Below, piece by piece: positions 1 through 9,161 of a DNA stretch of 64,000 bases. The stretch comes from Bacillota bacterium (GTDB taxonomy: Bacteria > Bacillota > Bacilli > Paenibacillales > JBEGSW01), in contig JBEGSW010000060.1 in NCBI GenBank assembly GCA_041179705.1, positions 8,990 to 72,989 of the forward strand, read 5' to 3'. The notes under the pieces were generated by a model. That model did no database searches and had not been told where the DNA came from. It saw only the letters and a program-made list of their open reading frames with translations. The stretch's first letter is position 1, and each line of letters starts with the position of its first letter. Made by a program: the position numbers and the translations under genes.

Positions 1-948
1 CATGAATTTGCGATTGGTTTCGGGCCGAAAGTCTTTTCTTTTTTAAAGGGTGAAACGAGATATACGTTGCGATTATTACCATTTGGTGGCTTTGTGAAGA
101 TGGCTGGTGAGAGTGGTGCAGATGAACAAGATGTCCCCTTGAACAGACAGTTTGCTACTAAGACTGTAGCGCAACGCGCGCTGTCAATCTTTGCTGGTCC
201 AATGATGAACTTTATTCTTGCGTTTATTTTGTTCTTCAGCTTTGCTTACTTAATTGGTGTGCCAGCTGGTAAGGCGACACATACAGAAATTGGTTCAGTT
301 ATTAAAGACTCCCCAGCAGAACAAGCAGGATTGAATAAAGGGGATATTATCGTAGCAGTAAATGGCGATAAAATCGGAACTGATGTAGATAAACTGATTT
401 CATACATTCAGAAATCGACGAATCAATCTCTACAATGGGAAATTAAGCGTGATAACACAATTCAAACCATTTCAGTAACACCTAAGGATACAGATGGTAA
501 AGGTGCAGTTGGTGTAAGTATTTTACTACCGCAACCTACTAAAGCACCAAGTATCATGAAGGCTACACAAATGGCAGCTAATTCATTTGTAGAAGGTACG
601 AAACAGATTTTTATTGGGTTTAAAATGCTTGTAACGCTGCAATTTAAGTTAGACGATTTAGGTGGTCCTATTCGAATAACTGAGTACACTAGCCAGGCTA
701 TCCAGTCGGGATTTAGTACGTATGTTTTTTGGACTGCGATTCTCAGTTTATACCTGGGGTTGTTCAATTTGCTACCAATTCCAGCACTTGATGGCAGCCG
801 TTTGGTTTTTCTATTACTTGAAGCACTCCGTGGAAAGCCAATTGAACAGGGTAAGGAAAATATTGTGCATTTTATCGGTTTTGCACTAATGATGGTTTTA
901 ATGATTACAGTTACATTTAATGATATTGTCCGACTAATTAAAGGATAG
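1..948 (+). CDS. rseP: RIP zinc metalloprotease RseP/RasP (M50 site-2 protease), 5'-truncated at window edge
   Basis: Frame 1 is open from nt 1 (HEFAIGFGPKVF...LLPFGGFVKMAGE). PDZ-like middle and C-terminal NLLPIPALDGSRL motif. Lies directly upstream of proS-polC as in Bacillales. Confidence 0.9.
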   Translation, partial: HEFAIGFGPKVFSFLKGETRYTLRLLPFGGFVKMAGESGADEQDVPLNRQFATKTVAQRALSIFAGPMMNFILAFILFFSFAYLIGVPAGKATHTEIGSVIKDSPAEQAGLNKGDIIVAVNGDKIGTDVDKLISYIQKSTNQSLQWEIKRDNTIQTISVTPKDTDGKGAVGVSILLPQPTKAPSIMKATQMAANSFVEGTKQIFIGFKMLVTLQFKLDDLGGPIRITEYTSQAIQSGFSTYVFWTAILSLYLGLFNLLPIPALDGSRLVFLLLEALRGKPIEQGKENIVHFIGFALMMVLMITVTFNDIVRLIKG

Positions 949-968
949 GTTCAGGAGGCTTTTTACGC

Positions 969-2420
969 ATGAGTAAAGATAATAAGCAATTTGTTAAAGA
1001 AATTACACCGCAAAGTGAAGATTTTTCACGTTGGTATATTGATGTAATCAAAAAAGCTGACTTGATGGACTATTCGCCAGTTCGTGGTTGTATCGTTTTT
1101 AAACCCGAAGGGTATGGAATTTGGGAATTAATTCAACGTGAATTGGATCAGAAGTTCAAAGATACAGGTCATCGCAATGCCTATTTCCCAATGTTCATCC
1201 CAGAAAGTTTCTTCCAAAAAGAAAAAGAGCATGTGGAAGGGTTTAATCCTGAATTACCATGGGTAACTGAAGCAGCTGGCGAAAAGTTAGAGGAACGTTT
1301 AGCGATTCGTCCTACATCTGAGACTATGTTTGGTCATATGTATAGTAAATGGATTCAATCCTACCGGGATTTACCTTTACTTATTAACCAGTGGGCAAAC
1401 GTTGTTCGTTGGGAGAAGCGGACTCAACCATTCCTTCGTACAAGTGAATTCTTATGGCAAGAAGGACATACAGCACATGAAGATGAAGCAGACGCGCGTA
1501 AAGAAACGATGCAAATGCTTGAAGTTTATCGTTCATTTGCTGAGGATTTCTTAGCTATTCCAGTGATTGTTGGTCAAAAGACTGCTTCTGAGCGATTTGC
1601 TGGAGCTGTTGATACATTCTCGATCGAAGCAATGATGAAAGATGGTCGCGCGGTACAAGCAGGTACATCCCACTATTTAGGTGATAAGTTTGCGCGTGCG
1701 TTTGAAATCAAATATCTAGACCGTGATAATCAATTGCAGTATTGTCATACAACATCTTGGGGTGTTAGCACCCGATTAATTGGTGCACTTATCATGGTTC
1801 ATGGTGATGATAGAGGTCTAAATTTACCACCTAAAGTTGCCCCAATGCAGTTAGTAGTAATTCCAATTGGCCCTGCGAAAACGCGCGATCTGGTTAACGC
1901 TAAAGCTGAAGAATTATACATGGAATTGAAAAAAGCGGGTATCCGTGTGAAGATGGATGACAATCCTGATCAAAGCCCAGGTTGGAAATTCAATGAATAT
2001 GAAATGCGTGGAATTCCGATGCGACTGGAAATTGGACCACGTGATATGGAAAATGGCCAAGCTGTTCTAGTTGGTCGCGCTACAGGCGAAAAACGTATTA
2101 TCAAACAAGATAATTTGATTGAAGAAGTTCAACAAATGATTGTGGACTTACAAACGGCTATGCTTGAACAAGCGAAGCAATTTATGGTAGATAATTTCAG
2201 TAGTGTGAATACACTAGCTGAATTGAAACAAAAGATGGAAGAGAGTCGAGGATTCAACCTAGCTGGTTGGTGTGGATCTGCAGACTGTGAAAGCACGGTA
2301 AAAGAAGTGACTGGTGCAACAAGTCGGAACATCCCATTTGAAGTAAGTGAACATAAAGATACTTGCTTAGTATGTGGAGAAAAAGCGGAGCACACGGTTG
2401 TCTTTGCAAGAGCTTATTAA
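969..2420 (+). CDS. proS: Prolyl-tRNA synthetase, archaeal/eukaryote-type (no INS editing domain)
   Basis: 483 aa with class II aaRS core. C-terminal Cys-rich domain CGSADCES...CLVCGEK ends in FARAY with terminal Tyr. RBS AGGAGG upstream. Confidence 0.93.
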   Translation: MSKDNKQFVKEITPQSEDFSRWYIDVIKKADLMDYSPVRGCIVFKPEGYGIWELIQRELDQKFKDTGHRNAYFPMFIPESFFQKEKEHVEGFNPELPWVTEAAGEKLEERLAIRPTSETMFGHMYSKWIQSYRDLPLLINQWANVVRWEKRTQPFLRTSEFLWQEGHTAHEDEADARKETMQMLEVYRSFAEDFLAIPVIVGQKTASERFAGAVDTFSIEAMMKDGRAVQAGTSHYLGDKFARAFEIKYLDRDNQLQYCHTTSWGVSTRLIGALIMVHGDDRGLNLPPKVAPMQLVVIPIGPAKTRDLVNAKAEELYMELKKAGIRVKMDDNPDQSPGWKFNEYEMRGIPMRLEIGPRDMENGQAVLVGRATGEKRIIKQDNLIEEVQQMIVDLQTAMLEQAKQFMVDNFSSVNTLAELKQKMEESRGFNLAGWCGSADCESTVKEVTGATSRNIPFEVSEHKDTCLVCGEKAEHTVVFARAY

Positions 2421-2440
2421 TTTGAATAAGGAGAACGTCC

Positions 2441-5400
2441 ATGTCGAACACAACTAATGCACGCATACGTTTTGAACAATTGATGCAGCAAGCGCAATTG
2501 CCTGAACAGCTCGTACGCGAACATTTTTCGGATGGCTACATTGAGCAGGTAAGATGTAGCCAAACCAATCGTCACTGGACGTTCTTTTTGTATAAAGAAA
2601 CGTTGGTGCCGGTTCATGTTTATCGTGCGTTCAGTAAACAGATTCAAGAAGCATTCCAACATATTGCACAAATTTCATTTATTATTCGATTCTCCGAGCA
2701 AGTGACAGATCAGACGTTAGTTGAAGAATTCTGGTCTTTACTTGTTAGTTGGTTACAAAGAGAAATGACTTCCGTTAATGGCTGGTTAGCGAAAGCGAAA
2801 GTAGAAATACAGCATAATCGCTTACGTATTTTACTTATGGATCAGACGTGGGTTGATCTCGCTACTAAGAAACAATTGAATGAAAGAATTAGTCATTTCT
2901 TTTCCACATACTTTAATCGTTCGTACAACGTTACTTTTGAACTTGGTGACAATGGACAGGCAGAACTTGAAAAGTTTGTGCAACAGACAGCAGAAGAAGA
3001 TCGTGCAATTATTGAAGAACATCAAAACACAATCGAAACAATACCGATGCTAACTTCCACTACGGACGATGCACCATTCAGTTTCGGGTATGAATTAAAA
3101 GATCCAGCTGTTCCTTTACAGACGATTCAAGATGAAATGAAAAAGACAATCGTGCATGGCACAATCTTCCAAATCGAAGAGCGTGAACTTCGCAATGGAA
3201 ATACGTTATTCCAATTCTCCATCACTGATTTTACCGATTCATTGCCTATTAAAGTATTTGCCAAATCAAAAGACGATTTAAAAGCATTGCGTCGAATGAA
3301 GACGGGTATGTGGGTGAAATTGAGAGGAAAAGTAGAGTATGATACGTTCACTCAACCACCTGAACTAAAGTTGATGGCTTCAGATATACAAGAAATAACG
3401 CCGCCGAAAGAGCGAATGGATGATGCCGAAGAGAAGCGTGTTGAATTTCACTTACACACAGCCATGAGCACGATGGATGGCATTACCCCAATAGGCGACT
3501 ATGTTGCAACTGCAGCGAAGTGGGGGCACAAAGCAATTGCACTAACGGATCATGGGAATGTACAAGCCTATCCTGATGCGAATAAAGCTGCAAAGAAACA
3601 TGGGATTAAACTGATTTATGGTGTTGAAGCCAATATCATTAATGATGCAATACCTATTGCTTATAATGTTCAACCTATGGGATTAAGCGATGCTGAATAT
3701 ATCGTATTCGATATAGAGACGACTGGTTTATCCGTGTCGGCGAATAAGATTATTGAAATTGCGGCGATTAAGATGGTAAATGGTCAAATCGTTGATCGCT
3801 TTGAATCATTTGTGAATCCGCATGAGAAGATTCCTGAGAATATCCAACGATTAACGAACATTACAGATGAGATGGTTCAAGATGCACCAGAACTTGTACC
3901 TACACTGGAAAAGTTCATCGCCTTCATAGGTAACCGCATTTTAGTTGCACATAATGCGAATTTTGATATGGGTTTCATTAAAGAAAATTTGAAACGTCAT
4001 CAATTTGCGCCATTAACGAATCCGGTTATCGACACACTTGAATTTGCACGGATGTTATTCCCTTCGATGAAAAACCATCGTTTAAACACGTTAGCTGATA
4101 AATTTAAAGTTGCGCTAGATAGTCATCACCGTGCGATTGATGATTCGATTGCCTTAACACATATATTAACGAGCTTGCTAAAAGAAGCGGCTGACCGCGG
4201 AATCGATCAATTGGAACGATTAAATGACCGCGTTGGGAAAGATCTCTCCAACACGAGACCATTCCATTGCTGTATTTATGCACAAACGCAAGAAGGTAAA
4301 AAAAATCTATTCAAGCTGATATCTAAATCTCATACAGAATCTTATTACCGAGTACCTTGTATTCCTAGAAGTTTATTAGTTGAGTTAAGGGATGGGCTAC
4401 TTATTAGTTCAGGTTGTGAAAAAGGGGAATTGTATGAGACGGCTCTAAATAAGTCCCTTGAAGAAGCGGAACAGGTGGCACAGTTTTACGATATCATTGA
4501 AATTCAACCACCCGAAATCAACAACCATTTAGTGGCTAAAGGTCTCGTTGAGAAGATTGAAGTGCTGGAACAAACCAATCGAAATCTTTATCAAATTGGC
4601 AAAAAACTTGGTAAACCAGTAATCGCAACAGGTAATGTCCATTATTTAAATCCACGCGATAAAATCAATCGTGATATTACGATTCATGGAATCACTGGAT
4701 TTAGTCCTTTGAAAGACATAGAGAAACCTGATGTGCATTTCCGGACAACCAAAGAGATGATTGCATGTTTCCAGCATTTAGGGGAAGAAGCAGCATACGA
4801 AGTTGTAGTTACCAATACTTCGAAATTAGCTGATATGATTGATGAAATTGAAGTGTTCCCGAAGAAAGCATTCTTCCCAATTATTGAAGGTGCTGACGAA
4901 GAGATGCGCACAAAGTGCTACGAAAAGGCGCGAGAAATATATGGAAATCAATTGCCCGAAACAGTTGAATCACGACTTGAACGAGAGCTTGTTCCAATTA
5001 CAAAAGCCGGTTTTGCTGCACTTTATTTGATTTCCGAAAGACTCGTGAAAAAGTCTAATGAAGATGGTTATCTCGTAGGATCTCGTGGATCGGTAGGATC
5101 CTCCGTAGTTGCGATGATGCTTGGTATTTCTGAAGTTAATCCGCTTCCGCCACATTATGTATGCGCCAATTGCAAACATAGTGAATGGTTTACGGATGGT
5201 AGTGTAGCAAGTGGGTTTGATTTAGTTAATAAGAATTGCCCAAGCTGTGGAACATTGATGACTGGGGAAGGCCAAGATATTCCTTTTGAAACGTTCCTTG
5301 GTTTTAAAGGCGATAAAGTTCCCGATATCGATTTGAACTTCTCTGGTGAGTATCAGCCTCAAGCACACAACTATACGAAAGTCTTGTTCGGGGAGAAAAA

Positions 5401-6745
5401 TGTGTTCCGTGCAGGAACGATTGGTACTGTTGCAGATAAGACTGCATATGGCTATGTGAGAAAATTCGCGGAAGATAAAGGTCATGTATGGCGAAATGCG
5501 GAGCTCAATCGCTTAAGTATGGGCTGTACTGGCGTTAAACGTAGCACGGGTCAACATCCTGGTGGTATCGTCGTTGTGCCTGATTACATTGATGTAGAAG
5601 ATGTTACACCAGTACAATTCCCGGCAGACGATCAGTCTTCAGAGTGGAAGACAACGCATTTCGATTATCATGCCTTCGATGAGAATTTACTGAAACTCGA
5701 TATTCTCGGTCACGATGACCCGACTATGATGCGTATGCTTCAGGATTTAACGGGTGTTGATCCATTAACAATTCCAATGAATGATCCAAAAGTGATGAGT
5801 CTGTTCAATTCGACTGAAGCACTTGGGGTCACAAAAGATCAAATTCGATCGAGTGTGGGAACATTTGGTGTCCCTGAGATGGGTACTAAATTTGTTAGAC
5901 AAATGCTTGAAGAAACGCAACCAAGTACATTCTCGGATTTGCTACAAATTTCCGGGCTTTCCCACGGAACCGGTGTATGGATAGGGAATGCTGCAGAATT
6001 AATTAAAAATGGCACCTGTACAATTAAGACTGTGATTGGTTGTCGAGATGACATAATGTTATACCTTATCTATAAAGCTGGCTTAGAAGCTGGATTGGCA
6101 TTCCAAATCACGGAGAGCGTTCGAAAAGGAAAAGGTTTAAAAGACGAGTGGATTGAAGTCATGAAACAGCACAAGGTTCCGAAATGGTACATTGACTCTT
6201 GTCTGAAGATTGAATATATGTTCCCGAAAGCCCACGCATCGGCGTATGTCATTTCAGCCGTTCGCACGGCATATTTTAAACTATATCATCCAATTGCTTA
6301 TTATTCTGCTTATTATACCGTGCGCGCAGCTGACTTTGATGTCGAAGTATTTAGTGGTGGGTACAACGCCATTTTGAAGCGATTAAATGAAATTGAGGCG
6401 AAGGGCTTCTCTGCTGTTCAAAAAGAAAAAGCGATGATTCCAATTCTTGAAATGGGTCTTGAAATGACTGCACGTGGGTTTGGATTCAAACTTGTGGATT
6501 TATATCGTTCACATGCAGATCACTTTGTCATCGACGGTGATTTCTTAATACCACCATTCTCGGCGATTCAAGGTGTAGGTGAGAATGCGGCAAGAAACAT
6601 TACTGCTTCACGTGTAGATGGCGATTTCCTTTCAGTAGAAGATTTCCAACAACGAACACGTTCAAGCAAGACTGTAATTGAAATTTTAGGCCAATTTGGT
6701 TGTTTCCGAAACTTACCTGAATCCAACCAATTATCCTTGTTCTAA
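2441..6745 (+). CDS. polC: DNA polymerase III alpha subunit, PolC type
   Basis: 1434 aa. PHP motif FHLHTAMSTMDG, inserted DEDD exonuclease YIVFDIETTGL...AHNANFDMGF, polymerase core. Confidence 0.98.
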   Translation: MSNTTNARIRFEQLMQQAQLPEQLVREHFSDGYIEQVRCSQTNRHWTFFLYKETLVPVHVYRAFSKQIQEAFQHIAQISFIIRFSEQVTDQTLVEEFWSLLVSWLQREMTSVNGWLAKAKVEIQHNRLRILLMDQTWVDLATKKQLNERISHFFSTYFNRSYNVTFELGDNGQAELEKFVQQTAEEDRAIIEEHQNTIETIPMLTSTTDDAPFSFGYELKDPAVPLQTIQDEMKKTIVHGTIFQIEERELRNGNTLFQFSITDFTDSLPIKVFAKSKDDLKALRRMKTGMWVKLRGKVEYDTFTQPPELKLMASDIQEITPPKERMDDAEEKRVEFHLHTAMSTMDGITPIGDYVATAAKWGHKAIALTDHGNVQAYPDANKAAKKHGIKLIYGVEANIINDAIPIAYNVQPMGLSDAEYIVFDIETTGLSVSANKIIEIAAIKMVNGQIVDRFESFVNPHEKIPENIQRLTNITDEMVQDAPELVPTLEKFIAFIGNRILVAHNANFDMGFIKENLKRHQFAPLTNPVIDTLEFARMLFPSMKNHRLNTLADKFKVALDSHHRAIDDSIALTHILTSLLKEAADRGIDQLERLNDRVGKDLSNTRPFHCCIYAQTQEGKKNLFKLISKSHTESYYRVPCIPRSLLVELRDGLLISSGCEKGELYETALNKSLEEAEQVAQFYDIIEIQPPEINNHLVAKGLVEKIEVLEQTNRNLYQIGKKLGKPVIATGNVHYLNPRDKINRDITIHGITGFSPLKDIEKPDVHFRTTKEMIACFQHLGEEAAYEVVVTNTSKLADMIDEIEVFPKKAFFPIIEGADEEMRTKCYEKAREIYGNQLPETVESRLERELVPITKAGFAALYLISERLVKKSNEDGYLVGSRGSVGSSVVAMMLGISEVNPLPPHYVCANCKHSEWFTDGSVASGFDLVNKNCPSCGTLMTGEGQDIPFETFLGFKGDKVPDIDLNFSGEYQPQAHNYTKVLFGEKNVFRAGTIGTVADKTAYGYVRKFAEDKGHVWRNAELNRLSMGCTGVKRSTGQHPGGIVVVPDYIDVEDVTPVQFPADDQSSEWKTTHFDYHAFDENLLKLDILGHDDPTMMRMLQDLTGVDPLTIPMNDPKVMSLFNSTEALGVTKDQIRSSVGTFGVPEMGTKFVRQMLEETQPSTFSDLLQISGLSHGTGVWIGNAAELIKNGTCTIKTVIGCRDDIMLYLIYKAGLEAGLAFQITESVRKGKGLKDEWIEVMKQHKVPKWYIDSCLKIEYMFPKAHASAYVISAVRTAYFKLYHPIAYYSAYYTVRAADFDVEVFSGGYNAILKRLNEIEAKGFSAVQKEKAMIPILEMGLEMTARGFGFKLVDLYRSHADHFVIDGDFLIPPFSAIQGVGENAARNITASRVDGDFLSVEDFQQRTRSSKTVIEILGQFGCFRNLPESNQLSLF

Positions 6746-6795
6746 TGCCTAGAATGTGGTAAACTGACAAATAGAACTTAGTATTTCGACTTTAG

Positions 6796-6822
6796 GAGTG
6801 GGGAAACCCACTCTCATTTTTT
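6796..6822 (+). terminator. Rho-independent terminator hairpin downstream of polC, within the rimP leader region
   Basis: GAGTGGG-GAAA-CCCACTC (7 bp stem, GAAA tetraloop) followed by TCATTTTTT. Confidence 0.6.
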
Positions 6823-6882
6823 GCCCATTTGAAGGGTTACGAACCGCAAGAGTCGCTTGCCTATGAAAGGAGTGTCATCCAA

Positions 6883-7341
6883 ATGAAAGCTCGTATCATT
6901 GCGACAGTTGAACAAATGTTATCTGCTTTTTTGCAAGAGAATAATTTGGAACTTGTTGAGATTGAATACGTGAAAGAAGCAGGAAATTATTTTCTTCGCG
7001 TCTTCGTAGATAAAGAAGAAGGCATTGATATTGATGAATGTGCCAGGGTTAGTGAATTTTTGAGCATGCAATTGGATGCAAATGACCCGATCGTGGAAGC
7101 TTACTTCTTAGAAGTTTCTTCGCCAGGTGCTGAACGTCCATTAAGAAAACCATCTGATTTTGTCAAAGCAGTGGGGAAATATGTTTATATCGAAACCCGA
7201 GATGCAGTTGCGGGCTTGCATGCTTTTGAAGGTACTATGCTCACAAATGATGAGGAATTCTTGGCAATTAAAGTTGGTAAAAAGACGCATGAAATCGCTA
7301 AGTCCAATGTGAAACTTGCACGACTTGCGATAAAATTTTAA
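6883..7341 (+). CDS. rimP: Ribosome maturation factor RimP
   Basis: MKARIIATVEQ...LEVSSPGAERPL motif. ATG at 6883 follows RBS GAAAGGAG; the ORF-track TTG at 6829 is an upstream extension. Confidence 0.9.
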   Translation: MKARIIATVEQMLSAFLQENNLELVEIEYVKEAGNYFLRVFVDKEEGIDIDECARVSEFLSMQLDANDPIVEAYFLEVSSPGAERPLRKPSDFVKAVGKYVYIETRDAVAGLHAFEGTMLTNDEEFLAIKVGKKTHEIAKSNVKLARLAIKF

Positions 7342-7376
7342 TTAGGTGAAAAGTTGGAAGGAGGAACCATTTTCTC

Positions 7377-8483
7377 ATGAACGTTGATTTTATTGATGCA
7401 TTAGCACAGATTGAAAGAGAAAAAGGAATTAGTAAGGATATTTTGATTGAGGCGATTGAGGCTGCATTGATTTCAAGTTATAAGCGCAACTTTAATTCTG
7501 CTTCAAATGTACGTGTCGACATCGATCGAATGACAGGTGTTATTAAGGTATTCGCCCGTAAGAATGTTGTTGAGACTGTTACAACTGCAGCACAAGACAT
7601 GCAGGAAATTTCCTTAGAAGCAGCACAAGCTATTAATGCTGATTACCAAATCGGCGATGTTGTTGACGAAGAAGTGACGCCTCGTGATTTTGGTCGCATT
7701 GCAGCTCAGACTGCGAAACAAGTGGTTACGCAACGCATTCGTGAAGCAGAGCGCGGATTGATTTATCATGCATTTATCGATAAAGAAGAAGATATCATGA
7801 ACGGCATTGTACAACGAATTGATGCTCGAAATTTATATGTAGACCTCGGTAAAGTTGAGGCGATTTTGCCACTAACTGAACTAATGCCGACAGATAAATT
7901 CAGCCCGAACGATCGGATTAAGGCTTATATTATCAAGGTCGAAAACACGACGAAAGGTCCGCAAATCACACTTTCCCGAACTCATCCAGGCTTATTGAAG
8001 CGCCTGTTTGAATTGGAAGTTCCTGAGATCTTTGACGGTGTTGTCGAGTTACGTTCCGTTGCACGTGAGGCGGGTTTCCGCTCCAAGATTGCTGTTCATT
8101 CCAATAATAGTGAAGTGGATCCAGTAGGTGCTTGTGTAGGCCAAAAAGGAATTCGTGTTCAGACGATTGTAAATGAATTAAAAGGCGAGAAAATTGACAT
8201 CGTTCGCTGGTCTGAAGATGTAAGCGAGTTTGTTGCAAATGCTCTTAGTCCGTCTAAGGTTGTTGAAGTGCAAGTGTTTGAAGATGATAAACTTGCACGT
8301 GTGATCGTTCCTGATCATCAATTATCATTGGCGATTGGAATTAAAGGCCAAAATGCACGTTTAGCGGCAAAGTTAACGGGATGGAAAATCGATATTAAGA
8401 GTGAGACACAAGCTTTTGAAGAATTCGGTCGTGAAGTCACGAACAGCGAAAGCATTGAAACGAATTCGATTAGTTTCGAATAA
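7377..8483 (+). CDS. nusA: Transcription termination/antitermination factor NusA
   Basis: 368 aa. N-terminal domain, S1 domain, two KH domains (GACVGQKGIRVQ; AIGIKGQNARLAAKLTGWKIDI). Confidence 0.97.
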   Translation: MNVDFIDALAQIEREKGISKDILIEAIEAALISSYKRNFNSASNVRVDIDRMTGVIKVFARKNVVETVTTAAQDMQEISLEAAQAINADYQIGDVVDEEVTPRDFGRIAAQTAKQVVTQRIREAERGLIYHAFIDKEEDIMNGIVQRIDARNLYVDLGKVEAILPLTELMPTDKFSPNDRIKAYIIKVENTTKGPQITLSRTHPGLLKRLFELEVPEIFDGVVELRSVAREAGFRSKIAVHSNNSEVDPVGACVGQKGIRVQTIVNELKGEKIDIVRWSEDVSEFVANALSPSKVVEVQVFEDDKLARVIVPDHQLSLAIGIKGQNARLAAKLTGWKIDIKSETQAFEEFGREVTNSESIETNSISFE

Positions 8484-8515
8484 TCAATTGCTGAATAGAT
8501 GGGAGGGGATTACGC

Positions 8516-8824
8516 ATGAAGACGCGTCGGATTCCTTTGCGGAAATGTGTTGCCTGTCATCAGATGATGGCGAAGAAAGAATTGATTCGCGTTGTACGGT
8601 CGCCTGAGGGTGTTGTGAATCTTGATTTACGAGGCAGAATGGCAGGGCGTGGTGCGTATTTATGTGGATCCCTGAACTGTTTTCAATTAGCAAAAAAGAG
8701 TAAAGCGTTTGATCGCGCGTTAAACGTACCTATAAGCAATGAGATATATGACCAACTACAAGCAGAATTTGTTCGTGTTGAGTCAGAATTTCAAGAACTG
8801 AAGGAGCAAGCGGATGAATCATGA
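8516..8824 (+). CDS. ylxR: YlxR/RnpM family RNA-binding protein (DUF448)
   Basis: 102 aa with IPLRKCVAC motif, in the conserved position after nusA. Confidence 0.85.
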   Translation: MKTRRIPLRKCVACHQMMAKKELIRVVRSPEGVVNLDLRGRMAGRGAYLCGSLNCFQLAKKSKAFDRALNVPISNEIYDQLQAEFVRVESEFQELKEQADES

Positions 8825-9161
8825 AGGTGTTCTGAAAGTTCAGCGGAATTTAGGTTTATGTTTACGGGCCGGACGATTAATTACTGGCGAAGAGTTGGTA
8901 TTGGAAGCAATTCGAGATGGTAAAGCTAAACTTGTTTTACTAACTACCGATGCATCAACAAATACGAGCAAACGAATTACCGATAAATGTCTTTTTTATA
9001 GAGTTCCATTGCAAATTGCATTTACCCGAGATCAACTTGGTGAAGCGATTGGCAAAGCGGAGCGAGTAGTCGTCGCAATCACCGATCAAGGATTTAAAAA
9101 GTTGATTAGCGAAGGCCTGAAAAATATGGAGGTGAACGGCATTGACGAAACCAGTAGATGA
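8814..9161 (+). CDS. ylxQ: L7Ae/YlxQ family RNA-binding protein
   Basis: [26 protein letters not shown]...VVAITDQGF matches the YlxQ pattern. Lies between ylxR and infB and overlaps infB by 20 nt. Confidence 0.85.
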   Translation: MNHEGVLKVQRNLGLCLRAGRLITGEELVLEAIRDGKAKLVLLTTDASTNTSKRITDKCLFYRVPLQIAFTRDQLGEAIGKAERVVVAITDQGFKKLISEGLKNMEVNGIDETSR

